A stretch of 64,000 nt of DNA from Candidatus Binatia bacterium. GTDB lineage: Bacteria; Desulfobacterota; Binatia; Bin18. The notes below the pieces were generated by a model that ran no database searches, had not been told where the DNA came from, and was given only the letters and a program-made list of their open reading frames with translations. The position numbers were made by a program, and so were the translations under genes. Numbering within the stretch: the first letter of the stretch is position 1; every line of letters starts with the position of its first letter. Shown one piece after another: positions 19,540-29,873 of the stretch. The stretch covers positions 1,408,001 to 1,472,000 of the forward strand of contig OY761159.2 of the NCBI GenBank assembly GCA_963664395.2, written 5' to 3'.

Positions 19540-19814
19540 TCGCCGCGCTCGGCGAGAAACCTCGACAGTGCGCCGGGCCGTCGTTCAACCGGTCCGAATG
19601 TCCTCCTCGGGATGGCCGAGCGAACCAGGGAGCCGCTACGTTCGAGGTCCTTCAGCCGCTCGTCGAGCGTCGGCTTTTGCCGCTCCCGGATCGAACGGAT
19701 TTCTGCCACTGGTTCTCCCCGATAAGAGACGGTGACGGTCTTGCCTTCGCGCACTTGCCGAATGACCTCGGAAAACCGCGCCTTTGCTTCGTAGATTGAG
19801 TAGTTGAGCGCCAC
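19536..19814 (-). CDS. Phd/YefM-family antitoxin
   Basis: SIYEAKARFSEVIRQV..G..VTVSYRGEPVA; ATGA overlap with the PIN gene. Confidence 0.9.
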   Translation of the reverse strand: MALNYSIYEAKARFSEVIRQVREGKTVTVSYRGEPVAEIRSIRERQKPTLDERLKDLERSGSLVRSAIPRRTFGPVERRPGALSRFLAERGE

Positions 19815-19870
19815 GGCGTTACACTAGCTAGTCAGACTGGTCATAGCAACCGCAATTATCGGCGCTGTCA

Positions 19871-19905
19871 GCAGTACCCGACCGGGATGTGTCTTCACTC
19901 GTGTC
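19871..19905 (+). repeat. 35-bp direct repeat, copy 2 (stranded higA 5' fragment coupled to hsdS)
   Basis: GCAGTACCCGACCGGGATGTGTCTTCACTCG-T-GTC; on the minus strand it reads [15 protein letters not shown] from an ATG at 19916 that overlaps the hsdS TGA. Confidence 0.92.
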
Positions 19906-19912
19906 TTGGTAT

Positions 19913-21175
19913 TCATGCGCCACCCTCTGCATCAGTCAGCAACGGAACGACAGACACCTTGCCGGTGAGGAGGTCTTGCATCAGGGCAGCTTTCAAATGG
20001 CTCTGCTTATTCAGTTCAGCTTGCAAGCGCGATATCATCTCAGTGTTCGCATCTAGCACTTTTGTAATATGGTTCTGCTCGTCGAGAGGGGGACTTGCCA
20101 CCAGAAGGCTTCGTATCGTAGGGAGGTTCAACCCGGCTTTCGCACCGGATTCATTGTGCCTTTCAAACTGGGATTGACCTGCTCGACTTTGAAGGAACCA
20201 GCCAACGAACCTTTGATCTACTTCGGGATCGGTAATCCGCACTAAAGCGATATGCTGATTGACATAGCCCTCTCCAAAGCCTTCAGGTATTACGCCAATC
20301 ATACCGAGGTCCGCCGTGACAGATATCAAAACATCACCGGGTACAACCAAGGTACGCAATCCCTCGGCGCGCACTGGTGGCCGTACAAAAACTGTATCGT
20401 CAAATCGTAGATTTATGTGGTCGCGTGTCAGGTTTCCAATGCGGAGAAATGCAGCACCTTCATCGCTGTAATACTTCGCCCACCCTCGTGCGCCACTCGT
20501 GACAAAATCCGAAATGGAATCAATGTTCTGGATATTCCACTCTACCGGAATTCGCCCTAGCGGCGAGTCCTTGAATTCGTGGGTTTCCTCAGAGCGGAGG
20601 TCTCCGTTTTCGTCGATACCGCGCGTGAGCAGGTCTTGCATCAGGCCGGTCTTGATGCGCTGTTGCTTGGCGATCAATGCCTCAGTCTGCTCAATGGCTT
20701 GATCTACTGTCGAGAGTATTTCGACGATTTTGGATTGTTCAAGCCTGCCACTAGGAGCTTCTATTGACCACTTGCTCAATTCAGACGAATTAATTGCCTC
20801 GAAGGTTGAACCCTGTGAAGCGCTTCGAAAATTTGCCTCTTGAAATTTAAGAAATTGCTCCAAATACCTTTGATTAACTCTTGTTCCAATGATGGCAGCC
20901 AAACCTCGGCCAATGATGTAATCCCGATCAGCGATGTTAAGTCGCCCGACTGGAGCTCGTACACTGAACAAGATCGAGTTTTTGGGAGCTACTTTCTTTG
21001 GTTGACTACAATAGACTGCATGGGTCGGAAACCGACTTCCAAATTCAGCGCACCCCTGTAGGAACGGTAAGCCAATTTCTTCATCGGAATAAAAATTTGA
21101 TTCAGGGGATTGCCCCATGATTAAATTCGCAACCTGTCCAAGAGGCTCATTTTTCCAACTTGTTCGCTCACTCAT
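19913..21175 (-). CDS. hsdS: Type I R-M specificity subunit S
   Basis: Two TRDs separated by [13 protein letters not shown]...[12 protein letters not shown]...[13 protein letters not shown]; C-terminal [14 protein letters not shown]; ATGA overlap with hsdM. Confidence 0.93.
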   Translation of the reverse strand: MSERTSWKNEPLGQVANLIMGQSPESNFYSDEEIGLPFLQGCAEFGSRFPTHAVYCSQPKKVAPKNSILFSVRAPVGRLNIADRDYIIGRGLAAIIGTRVNQRYLEQFLKFQEANFRSASQGSTFEAINSSELSKWSIEAPSGRLEQSKIVEILSTVDQAIEQTEALIAKQQRIKTGLMQDLLTRGIDENGDLRSEETHEFKDSPLGRIPVEWNIQNIDSISDFVTSGARGWAKYYSDEGAAFLRIGNLTRDHINLRFDDTVFVRPPVRAEGLRTLVVPGDVLISVTADLGMIGVIPEGFGEGYVNQHIALVRITDPEVDQRFVGWFLQSRAGQSQFERHNESGAKAGLNLPTIRSLLVASPPLDEQNHITKVLDANTEMISRLQAELNKQSHLKAALMQDLLTGKVSVVPLLTDAEGGA

Positions 21176-23856
21176 GCTAAGTACCCCAACCCTCCCATAA
21201 ATCCATTGAGGGCCTTGAGCGTTGCTCCTCGCGCCTCCTCCATCTCTTGGCTGCTCACCGCGTACTTGTCCCACAGATTCTCAACGCCTGAAACCAGATG
21301 CCGCATCTCTGCATTGAGGTAGCGTTCGAGTTCGGTGCCGGCGATGTCGTAGAGCTTCTTGAGGATAAGGTGCTTGGCTTCGTCATCGGTTAGCTGGCCG
21401 TTGATTGCTTCCAGTACCGTGTCAGTCTTGGCGATGCGTTCCTCAAGTACAACCTTGTCTTTGTTTAAGGTATCGATCTTTTTGTTGTCGGTCTTGTCGC
21501 GTGGGTCCAGATTCGTAAGCTGGTCTTCGATCTGCTGAATGAGTCCCCGGCTTTCGGCTTTGAACCCTTCGCCGCCAAGACGTTTAAGTTGGATTTTGAG
21601 TTCCAATTCGTTGGTCTTATTCTTCGACAAGGCTCTGCTGACACTGATTTTATTTTCGATCTCCTTTATGGCGGCATCCTGTGCCTTGAGGTCATTACGC
21701 TCTCGCTGGGCGGATGCGCCCGCACTATCCTTCAGGTCATCTATGAGGGTTTTCAGAGCCTTCTTGATGACTGCGGCCGTAACCTTTTCGTCTTCTTCGG
21801 GTTCGTAGGAAGCCACCTCTTGCGCAGTTTCTACAGCCTCAGCCAGCTCGGTTTGGAGTTCGTTGATGTGAGTTTCCAATTCCTCAATGGCGTCCGCCTC
21901 GCTCTGGAAGAACTCGGTGATCAGATATTCGTCCGGGATGAGCGTGTGGTGCCAACCTAGTGAGACAATGGTTTTCAGGTCGTAACGATTTTCCTGCCAC
22001 CAGTTGACGAACACACCGGCGCTCTTGAACTCGTCCAGCACGCCCAGGGGAACGAGCTTGTCCTTGAGTGTGGTCAAAAGCTCATGCCGTACTTCCGGCA
22101 TTTTCCGACCGCTGTGATTGGCGCTCTCAAGCTCGGCGAAGTCGTCACGGGCTACGCTCCACCATTCCTTGAGGGCATTTCGGTGGGTCTCCAACGTATG
22201 CCCGACCGATTGGTCCACTTCGATGATCTCTTTAATATCGGCCTTGCTTGCAATCGACTCCTTGAATGTGAGGTATCCCGGTCGATCCGGCTGGAACAGC
22301 GTTTCACATTGAAGGCCAAACTTGTTGAAGTTGTCGCTTTGTGCCGAAACCTCACTTTCAGGGATGCCGCCGATCAGATGGGCCTGTACGTCTTCCGGTT
22401 CCGGCTCCGGGGTATTGTCTACATAGCGCCGAATGTTCAGATTGTAGTCGTTTTTGTCAGCGATTTCCGACTTGTCCACGAGTCGGCTGTATTTTAGAAT
22501 CTCGCGTTTGTTGGAGAACACGAAGTCGATTTTCTCCACGTCCTCCGGGCGCAGTTTGTTTTGATTCTTTCCTTCGGCATACTCCCGGTCCGCATTGATG
22601 AACAAAATCTTGCCACGCAAGGCATCGGGTTTGTTCTTGTTGCAAACGAGCACACAGGCCGGAATACCGGTCCCATAAAAAAGACCCTGCGGCAAACTGA
22701 TGATCGCCTCGATAACGTCGTCGTTTATCAACCGCTCGCGAATCAGCTTCTCTTTGCCACCGCGAAAAAGCACACCATGGGGCATGATCGTGGCCATGTG
22801 GCCGTCGCTCTTGAGGCTGGCCAGCATGTGCTGGACGAACATCAAATCGGCTTTCTTCCCGGTCTCTGGACACCACTCGCGGAAACGGTTGGTGAATTTC
22901 ATAGTGGCGCGGCTGTAGTTCTGCGAGAATGGTGGGTTGGCCAACACCCGGTCGAACTTGCGTATCTGTCCGTTTTCCAAAATCTGCGGGTCCTCCAGGG
23001 TGTCGCCGTTCTCAATGGTGAAACTCGTGATGTTGTGGAGGATCATATTCATATTGCAGATTGACCACGTGGTCCCGTTGGAGTCCTGCCCGTAGAGGGC
23101 CAGATTATTGGCGTTCTCGCCCCGCTCCTCGACGTACTGGTGGGCCTGGATGAGAAAGCCACCGGAACCCGCGGCTGGGTCGTATATCTCATTCCCTTCT
23201 GTGGGCTTGGTTAGCTGTACCAGCAGGCGCACCACCTCCGCAGGGGTATAGAATTCACCGCCTTTCTTGCCGGCGCTGTCCGCGAAGTACTTAATCAGAT
23301 ACTCGTAAGCCGCCCCAAGCAGGTCGGGGAACTCGAAATTGTCGTTGACCAGGACGAAGCCCGGCTGGTTGAAATGATCGAGCAGCTCTTTCCACTTCTG
23401 ATTCTCTATTTTCGTCCTGCCCTTGGCCGCGTTGAAATCAATGTTGTTCTTCAGCACCCCGGCCAGCGAGTCGTTCGCATCCTCGACCGCAGCAAGGGCT
23501 TTGTTCAGCATGTTGCCGATATCGTCTTTGAGGTCCTTGAGCGCCGGCACCAAGTCACCGTTCTCATCCGTCCATGTCTCGTGCCAGCGAGCACGATCGG
23601 GAACGAAGAACGTCTCGCCGTAGGCGGTCTTGTCCTCAACGAGTTGCGCCAGGAGATCAGGCTGGTCCTTGAGGTGGGCGTATTCCGCTCGTACCTGCTC
23701 GCGCTTGCGGTCGAACTCGTCAGACAATCGTTTCAGGAACAGCATACCGAAGATGAACTCCTTGAACTCGGAGGCGTCCATCTTGCCGCGCAGGATGTCG
23801 GCAGCTTTGAACAGGAAGGATTCGAGTTGGGCTAAGGTGATTTTTTCAGTCTGCAT
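21172..23856 (-). CDS. hsdM: Type I R-M N6-adenine methyltransferase subunit M with a long C-terminal extension
   Basis: [49 protein letters not shown]; about 894 aa. Confidence 0.95.
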   Translation of the reverse strand: MQTEKITLAQLESFLFKAADILRGKMDASEFKEFIFGMLFLKRLSDEFDRKREQVRAEYAHLKDQPDLLAQLVEDKTAYGETFFVPDRARWHETWTDENGDLVPALKDLKDDIGNMLNKALAAVEDANDSLAGVLKNNIDFNAAKGRTKIENQKWKELLDHFNQPGFVLVNDNFEFPDLLGAAYEYLIKYFADSAGKKGGEFYTPAEVVRLLVQLTKPTEGNEIYDPAAGSGGFLIQAHQYVEERGENANNLALYGQDSNGTTWSICNMNMILHNITSFTIENGDTLEDPQILENGQIRKFDRVLANPPFSQNYSRATMKFTNRFREWCPETGKKADLMFVQHMLASLKSDGHMATIMPHGVLFRGGKEKLIRERLINDDVIEAIISLPQGLFYGTGIPACVLVCNKNKPDALRGKILFINADREYAEGKNQNKLRPEDVEKIDFVFSNKREILKYSRLVDKSEIADKNDYNLNIRRYVDNTPEPEPEDVQAHLIGGIPESEVSAQSDNFNKFGLQCETLFQPDRPGYLTFKESIASKADIKEIIEVDQSVGHTLETHRNALKEWWSVARDDFAELESANHSGRKMPEVRHELLTTLKDKLVPLGVLDEFKSAGVFVNWWQENRYDLKTIVSLGWHHTLIPDEYLITEFFQSEADAIEELETHINELQTELAEAVETAQEVASYEPEEDEKVTAAVIKKALKTLIDDLKDSAGASAQRERNDLKAQDAAIKEIENKISVSRALSKNKTNELELKIQLKRLGGEGFKAESRGLIQQIEDQLTNLDPRDKTDNKKIDTLNKDKVVLEERIAKTDTVLEAINGQLTDDEAKHLILKKLYDIAGTELERYLNAEMRHLVSGVENLWDKYAVSSQEMEEARGATLKALNGFMGGLGYLA

Positions 23857-23857
23857 A

Positions 23858-26800
23858 TTACGCGACATTTGATGGTGAGGATACTTCCTCTGCCATAGCT
23901 TTAAGACTATTACGATACGCCGCTGTGAGCGGGGATCTGACTGCCTCGGAAGCTGCAAGGATGAGCTTCGCGATAAAACTGCTGTCATCTACGGGTATCG
24001 CCAGAACTTCCTCAATGAGGGGTACAGTCTGCCGAGGGCTGGAAAGACGAAACGTTTCTGCGCTTAATATGCGTTTCCAACCAGTCCTCAGCCAAGCGGC
24101 GAGACGGGGTGTGAGGAAAGGCTTGAAATTGGATTGGTTGATCCAATTGAAGAAACACAGTCCTGCCATCCAGAAATAATATGGTTCTACGTACTCGTTT
24201 TGAAGAAGCACTTTGATGATGCTGACGACTGTTTGGTCCAATTCCGCGGATAAGGCTGACTTCTCATTCCAATGATCGAATACAGATTTGCCGGGAAACG
24301 GGCCTGAGAATTGACCCTCCAGAGCGGTTTTAAGCTCCGTCATCGCCTCCGGCTGAGGCTGGCCTGCCAAGGCGGAACGGATGCCATAAGCGAGGATGGC
24401 ATCTTTTGCCATCCGTTCGGTCGTAGAATCAAATGGCCCATGCTTGTCCAGCATCGGCACCTGCCCTCTTTCCAGCGCCAACGGATCGAATGTCGCCCGG
24501 AGTCGATCGGCCTCCTTTGACAAATATACAGCGATTTCGACGTATGTCGTGAAGTGGGCGGCAAATCCGCTGGTATCGAGCCTGGCGATATCTGTTTGTA
24601 CCATTTGCGTGCGCAGGTTGACCTCCATCACCGGGATCGGACCTTGCGCCAGCAGATCGTCAAGTGCCACCGCGATTCCCACGTCGAGGCCGGTCGCGGA
24701 TTCCGCCTCCGCTAACATGTACCAAGCAACATCAATGTGTCCAAGCGGGAGTTCCCGGATTGCAGGTAAGGGATCGGGATTGCTGCAGGTTCCCGCTTCC
24801 ATTGCGATTGGCCGCCCGCCAATCTGGACGTCGCTCCCTGTGATGCGGGATTGCGCCCAAAGTACGGTATGGCGAATAACGCGGTGGCAGTATGCAGCAA
24901 GCAGTGTTGCCTCTGGGTCAATCTCCGCCAATGCATCTAACGCTTCTACGAGGCGTGTGAGCGCCCGGCCTGCATCCCCAGTTTCGAGAGCGGCTACCGC
25001 CGAATCGGCACCCAGGCCCACCGCCATCGCGTCCATGTCCACGCTGCGAGCCAGTCTAGCAGCGCTTTGCGCATCAAGGAACCATTCCTCCGCTTGCGAC
25101 CATTCGTCGCATTTTGCCGCGCTGATAGCCGCCTCGCGCAGCGCGAACGCGCGCTCAACCGGACTGTCGCCGCCAACCTGATCCGCGATGCCATGGAGGA
25201 TTTCGAGGGCTGTCCCGTGTTCATCATGGCGATAATGAACTTTAGCTATGGCGCGACTGAGGATTATATCGTCCCCATAGGCTGCTCTCGCCTCTGCAAG
25301 AACTGCCAAGGCACCTTCTTTGTTGTTCTGATACTCATCCAGCATGATCGCCTGGGCCACCGAACATTGGAGAGAAAGAGGACGAATGACCCAGTTGTGC
25401 GTCTTCTCCGCCATTCGTTGGTAGCGCTTCGCCGCATCCGTAGCGTCGAAAGCCTCGCTGTGCCGCTGTGTCTCCCAAGGGCCGTTGATGAATAGGGAAT
25501 AATCGGAAGAATCTCTGTCTACCGGCGTCAGCAAGAGCGACCGCTCGTCCGCGTCGAGCTTATCAAGTGCGTTGATGATACGCTCCAGTCGCTCTACAGA
25601 AGCAAGGTGGGCACTTCCCACACTGAACAGCATCCCAAAGAAGTTTGCACCCGATGTATCGAAGGCACCTTCAACATTGGCCACTATGCCTTGCAAAAAT
25701 TCGTCGGCCTCTATCAGGGCTTTGAAGCGAAGTAGGAGAGCGACCCAGTCATTGAGATAGTTCGCGATACCCATCGTGCCGAGCACGGCGAATGCTGCCA
25801 TCGCTTCCAAAGCGCGTCCTATCTCACCTTTCGGTTCCGGCAGGCTGTCGATTTCATTGAAGAGTGCCGCCACAATAGCGGAGATATTGTTTCCTTCATC
25901 CGTTGTGGCAACCAGTTTGAATTGCGCGAGCCGAAGTATCCCGGAGGCAAAAGAATCCTCAGGGTAGACTGGTACATCAGTGGAAAAGAGGCGGAAGAGC
26001 AAGAGGTGTTCCGCCAGCTTCTCAACCGGAGAGTCAGCCAACAATACACTAAGGCCAAGCATAGCCAAAATTTGGGGCATCTTGCCTGCAATCGCATGCA
26101 TCATAATTGTGTCGAAATCGCTCGCGTCGATCGTACCTTTTCCGAACATCTGGACCGCAATGGTCTCATGGATGCGCCTTCGCTCATCAGGGGACAGCAT
26201 CTCAGGCCCAAAACTTCTCGCAAGTGGTGAGACCCGGAAGACGTCTCTGCCGACGGCTTCGAGCCACGGCCCGACCAACTGGTCCAGGCATTCACCAGCT
26301 TGGGACACCACTGGAGAAATTTCGCCGATGGTCAACGCCAGTGACCGATTGAAGCGTCCGGTCGCAATACTGAGTCGATAGAGAAGACTTCGCGTTCCTT
26401 CGGGAAGCGTGGACACTAAGCTCCGCCGGGCCGCTTCGCGGGCGGCATCGGTGTCATCGGACGACAAGCCTCGGCTGACGACAGCTTCAATCTCTTCGAC
26501 TGGCCATCCCCGCGCCGCAATACCGGTTACAAAAGCATGTGTAAGCTGGGGATGACCGCAAGCTCCCGCCAAATAGGCGAGACGCCCCCACCTAGCTGGG
26601 TCCCCTCCGTTGTCAAGGACAAGCGCGCGGGCTTCTTCCTCCGAGAAGTAGGGGCAATCCACGACGCACCCCCGGTCGAGGCCGATTTCAGTCCGCGTCT
26701 TCAAGGAGGGTTGCTGGTAGCAGATAATGAGCGCTTTGCGGTAGCGACGCAGTAGAGCTTCAACGACGCGCGCCAGCGACAATGTAACGCGCGTGTCGTC

Positions 26801-27979
26801 AATATGGTTCAGGTCTTCCAGAATCAATACCGAAGGAGGTAAGCCTCCAACACGGGCAAACACCATATCGAGCCGGCGGCAGGTTTCGTCTGCGTCAGTG
26901 TTCCGAAAGTCCACTATGAAGAATGTACCGGCCCGCGCGACGGCAACCGCCCGTGACACGATGGACTTGCCAAGGCCGCTGCCACCGACGAGCACGCCCA
27001 CACCGGAATTATCAATCGCATCCGTTACTGCCGACTCGACGGTGCTCCGGGCGATCATCCCCTGCGGAGCGGGAAGCCTAGTGCCGTCAATAAGCCAGCC
27101 TGTTTCTGTGACGGAAAGAGGATTGCCTGTGCCCAGACCTCCGCCGAGCACTCTCGCCAAGCCTGAGGCAAGTTGGGCAAGATCGTCTATAGAAGCGCGT
27201 GGTAGTGAAATACGGGTTGCCGTATCGATAACTTGGTAAAGCTCAGCCCGCGTAAGAACGCGTTCACTGGTCGTCCGGACAATACTTTTTTCCAGCACCC
27301 GATAGACCAAATGATCGACAAGTCCCTGCGCCTCTTGAGAGGAAAGTCTAAATAGGTCGCGGCCGATGACGACCAGCCGCGCTTCTAGCTCCTGACGAAG
27401 CGTTGAGAAATTTGGTTGACCGCAATCCCAGTGGATTCTCTCAATGAGGTCATGGCGGAGTGCTGCGTCGTCGCGATTCTTAGAGAACGTTCTTACGGAT
27501 TCATGGAATTTATCGCTCTCCAATATTGTGCGGAGAGGCGAGAGGTCCGCCCCCGCGGCGACCTCTTGCCAATACTTCAGCCCGGCCATCCCTGCCGGAC
27601 GGTCAGCAACAGCTTGTTCTGTTCCAATCTCCGATGTCGTGAAGAAACGGAGGTCAACCTGAATAGCGGGATTGCGCTCGGTAAGATCGATAAACGCAGC
27701 GACCGCATTGCGGACGCTTGGGCTATTCAACGTGATTGATCCGGACCTTTCTGTGTCCTTGACCTGAACGGCGTCGAGCGCCTGCCCCGCTATGATCGCA
27801 TAGTCTTCCGCGACTTCCAGGAAAAGCCGCCCATGCTCGTCGATATCGAGCCATGCCAGCGCGGTCGCTAGGGCCTGATACGCATACCCTCGCAGAGAAT
27901 CGACTGCTTGTCGCGCCGTGTCGCCCTGCGGGACAAGGCCAGCGGAAGGACCTGCGTTGAAAAGATCGTGAGAGTTCAT
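23858..27979 (-). CDS. Large Cap4-like nuclease + P-loop NTPase (STAND-like) + helical/TPR-like repeat protein (Avs/NLR-like defence candidate)
   Basis: N-terminal RGYAYQ...LEVAED...VQVKD; Walker A GGSGLGKS; Walker B LILED; GHPQL; long Ala/Leu-rich helical C-terminus. Alternative GTG start at 28000. Confidence 0.7.
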   Translation of the reverse strand: MNSHDLFNAGPSAGLVPQGDTARQAVDSLRGYAYQALATALAWLDIDEHGRLFLEVAEDYAIIAGQALDAVQVKDTERSGSITLNSPSVRNAVAAFIDLTERNPAIQVDLRFFTTSEIGTEQAVADRPAGMAGLKYWQEVAAGADLSPLRTILESDKFHESVRTFSKNRDDAALRHDLIERIHWDCGQPNFSTLRQELEARLVVIGRDLFRLSSQEAQGLVDHLVYRVLEKSIVRTTSERVLTRAELYQVIDTATRISLPRASIDDLAQLASGLARVLGGGLGTGNPLSVTETGWLIDGTRLPAPQGMIARSTVESAVTDAIDNSGVGVLVGGSGLGKSIVSRAVAVARAGTFFIVDFRNTDADETCRRLDMVFARVGGLPPSVLILEDLNHIDDTRVTLSLARVVEALLRRYRKALIICYQQPSLKTRTEIGLDRGCVVDCPYFSEEEARALVLDNGGDPARWGRLAYLAGACGHPQLTHAFVTGIAARGWPVEEIEAVVSRGLSSDDTDAAREAARRSLVSTLPEGTRSLLYRLSIATGRFNRSLALTIGEISPVVSQAGECLDQLVGPWLEAVGRDVFRVSPLARSFGPEMLSPDERRRIHETIAVQMFGKGTIDASDFDTIMMHAIAGKMPQILAMLGLSVLLADSPVEKLAEHLLLFRLFSTDVPVYPEDSFASGILRLAQFKLVATTDEGNNISAIVAALFNEIDSLPEPKGEIGRALEAMAAFAVLGTMGIANYLNDWVALLLRFKALIEADEFLQGIVANVEGAFDTSGANFFGMLFSVGSAHLASVERLERIINALDKLDADERSLLLTPVDRDSSDYSLFINGPWETQRHSEAFDATDAAKRYQRMAEKTHNWVIRPLSLQCSVAQAIMLDEYQNNKEGALAVLAEARAAYGDDIILSRAIAKVHYRHDEHGTALEILHGIADQVGGDSPVERAFALREAAISAAKCDEWSQAEEWFLDAQSAARLARSVDMDAMAVGLGADSAVAALETGDAGRALTRLVEALDALAEIDPEATLLAAYCHRVIRHTVLWAQSRITGSDVQIGGRPIAMEAGTCSNPDPLPAIRELPLGHIDVAWYMLAEAESATGLDVGIAVALDDLLAQGPIPVMEVNLRTQMVQTDIARLDTSGFAAHFTTYVEIAVYLSKEADRLRATFDPLALERGQVPMLDKHGPFDSTTERMAKDAILAYGIRSALAGQPQPEAMTELKTALEGQFSGPFPGKSVFDHWNEKSALSAELDQTVVSIIKVLLQNEYVEPYYFWMAGLCFFNWINQSNFKPFLTPRLAAWLRTGWKRILSAETFRLSSPRQTVPLIEEVLAIPVDDSSFIAKLILAASEAVRSPLTAAYRNSLKAMAEEVSSPSNVA

Positions 27980-28105
27980 TATCAGCATTCCTGAGAGCAC
28001 AGCTCGAAACTAGCGCGGATGTATCACAAAACATTAGTTTGGTCTCAATCGCCGGTGAGTGCTGATGAAGAAGCTTACACGCGGAGCCCCAATCCTGATG
28101 TTAGC

Positions 28106-28438
28106 TCACTCGAAGTGTGTGAACCGTAGGACTGAATACACCACTCTGCCTTCCCGCAGGGCGGGCTTGATGATTAGCGCGTGGCTATCCTTGAATCGCT
28201 CTACATCCTCGGGGGAGACTACGATTGCATCAACCGCAGCGCCGACCCCATGCAGCTTCCGGTAGATCCGAGCCATAAGATTGAGCGCATCCGCCTCCTC
28301 CTTTATGATAAGCAGGTCAACATCGCTGTTGGGACCCATGTCGCCCCGAGCCGCAGACCCGAAGAGAATGATCTTCTCCGGCTGGGCCGTCTCCACAACG
28401 CGCCGGATGATGTCATCCGATGTCTGTCTGTCGAGCAT
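28106..28438 (-). CDS. Minimal nucleotidyltransferase (MNT/MntA-like antitoxin); no HEPN partner
   Basis: IILFGSAARGD..SDVDLLII...VDAIV...EGRVVY. Confidence 0.88.
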   Translation of the reverse strand: MLDRQTSDDIIRRVVETAQPEKIILFGSAARGDMGPNSDVDLLIIKEEADALNLMARIYRKLHGVGAAVDAIVVSPEDVERFKDSHALIIKPALREGRVVYSVLRFTHFE

Positions 28439-28554
28439 TGTTCGATGCTGCTCCAGCCCTCTTTGACTGGCTCTCTTCAAGAGAACCAAAGGAATAGCTC
28501 CTAAGTATATGAAAATCGTAGTCTTCGCTCAACGAATCGGCCCGCTCCGCTCCC

Positions 28555-28628
28555 GTCATGCCGGACTTGATCCGGCATCCAGAGGCCGGGGCTGGGAGCC
28601 TGGATTCCGGCTTTCGCCGGAATGACGG
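28555..28628 (+). repeat. Complete REP-like doublet (two inverted palindromic units)
   Basis: GTCATGCCGGACTTGATCCGGCATCCAG...CTGGATTCCGGCTTTCGCCGGAATGACGG. Confidence 0.85.
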
Positions 28629-28674
28629 CAGGGACCGGCTGGCTATACGGAATCGTAAATTGATCCATATACGA

Positions 28675-28707
28675 CAAGACCCCGAGGGGTCGGCCCTCGG
28701 GGTCTTG
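28675..28707 (-). terminator. 14-bp stem hairpin downstream of tRNA-Asn
   Basis: CAAGACCCCGAGGG-GTCGG-CCCTCGGGGTCTTG is a perfect inverted repeat; the U-tract is weak. Confidence 0.55.
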
Positions 28708-28744
28708 CGTTTCTGGCGAGTCGCCAGATTTGGTGGTCAATAGT

Positions 28745-28820
28745 TGGCTCCTCGGGTTGGACTCGAACCAACAACCTATCGGTTAACAGCCGATTGCTCT
28801 GCCAATTGAGCTACCGAGGA
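28745..28820 (-). tRNA. tRNA-Asn (GTT)
   Basis: TCCTCGG acceptor stem, TAGCTCAATTGG D-arm, ATCGG-CTGTTAA-CCGAT anticodon arm, GTTCGAGTC T-loop, encoded CCA. Confidence 0.97.
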
Positions 28821-28883
28821 TCAATGCAGAAACGATATTAGCAGGGTTTTGTAGCAAAGGGAAAAACAAGTGTAAAGGCGGCC

Positions 28884-29483
28884 CTACATCTCCCGTCGGC
28901 CTTCAATCGCCCGGCCTAGTGTGACCGCGTCGGTGTATTCCACATCACCGCCCATCGGAATGCCGTGGGCAATCCGGCTCACTTGGATGCCCAGCGGCTT
29001 AATGACCTTCGCCAAATACAATGCGGTTGCCTCTCCTTCGACATTCGGGTTTGTCGCAACAATCACCTCTTTGACTGTACCCCGGCGCAAGCGGTCCAGG
29101 AGCGGGGCAATTTTGAGTTCATCCGGGCCAATACCATCAAGCGGTGCCAGGACGCCGTGTAAGACATGGTACCGGCCCTTATATTCATGTGACCGTTCAA
29201 CCGCCATCAGGTCGGCAGGGTCTTCAACGATACAGATACATTCGGTACTCCGCTGCGGATTGTTACAAATAGCGCAGCGCTCGCCTTCAGCCAGCCCAAA
29301 GCATTCCTGGCACAGGGTGGTCTCGGTCTTCACCGCCCAGATTGCCTCGGCCAGACTTTCCGCATAATCCCGCCCGGTGCCCAGGATGAACATGGCCAGG
29401 CGAGTCGCTGTTCTCTCTCCAATCCCAGGGAGCCGGCCCAACTCTTGAACCAAGCGAGCCAATGCGGGGGTCAGCGTCGTCAT
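28884..29483 (-). CDS. recR: Recombination mediator RecR
   Basis: LPGIGERTATRLA, C4 zinc finger, YHVLHG, NVEGEATA, RIAHGIPMGGDVEY. Confidence 0.96.
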   Translation of the reverse strand: MTTLTPALARLVQELGRLPGIGERTATRLAMFILGTGRDYAESLAEAIWAVKTETTLCQECFGLAEGERCAICNNPQRSTECICIVEDPADLMAVERSHEYKGRYHVLHGVLAPLDGIGPDELKIAPLLDRLRRGTVKEVIVATNPNVEGEATALYLAKVIKPLGIQVSRIAHGIPMGGDVEYTDAVTLGRAIEGRREM

Positions 29484-29534
29484 ACGCACCTCGCCATGAA
29501 TCTCGTACCCCACTCAGCCCTTACACAGGCCGCC

Positions 29535-29852
29535 TCACGCATTCAGCCCAGGAATCTTGAGTCCTCCGGTGACCTTCCCCATTTCATTGGCCATCATGTT
29601 TTGGGCTTGCCGAATGCCCTCGTTCACCGCGGCGGTCACGAGGTCCTGGAGCATTTCGACATCATCGGCTGAGGCCACTGCGGGATCAATACGCAGCGCT
29701 ACGAGTTCCAACCGGCCGTTCACCGTCGCCATGACCATATTGCCACCGGCTGAGGCTTCAACTGTCTTTTTCCCGGTATCTTCCTGAATCCGAGCCAGTT
29801 TCGCCTGCAACTGCTGGGCTTGCTTCATCATATCTCCCATATTCTGTGCCAT
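29535..29852 (-). CDS. ybaB: YbaB/EbfC nucleoid-associated protein
   Basis: MMKQAQQLQ..AGGNMV..DVEMLQDLV.AAVN; in dnaX-ybaB-recR synteny. Confidence 0.95.
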   Translation of the reverse strand: MAQNMGDMMKQAQQLQAKLARIQEDTGKKTVEASAGGNMVMATVNGRLELVALRIDPAVASADDVEMLQDLVTAAVNEGIRQAQNMMANEMGKVTGGLKIPGLNA

Positions 29853-29873
29853 GCTGTGTCCTCCACTATGCGA

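Larger units (their letters stand above)
13340..28744. mobile_element. Putative defence/genomic island downstream of tRNA-Asn (boundaries approximate; no integrase seen)
   Basis: Cluster of R-M, Avs-like, TA genes and gene remnants directly 3' of tRNA-Asn; core genes resume at recR. Confidence 0.5.

Noticed and set aside
28501-28743. Small ORFs 28501-28740 (-), 28558-28743 (+) and 14822-15061 (+)
   Set aside because: They are translations of REP-like palindromes (VIPAKAGIQ, MPDLIRHP) and a hairpin.
9450-28744. attL/attR duplication of the tRNA-Asn 3' end, and an integrase
   Set aside because: No second copy of the tRNA end and no recombinase ORF were found by eye, so island boundaries remain tentative.
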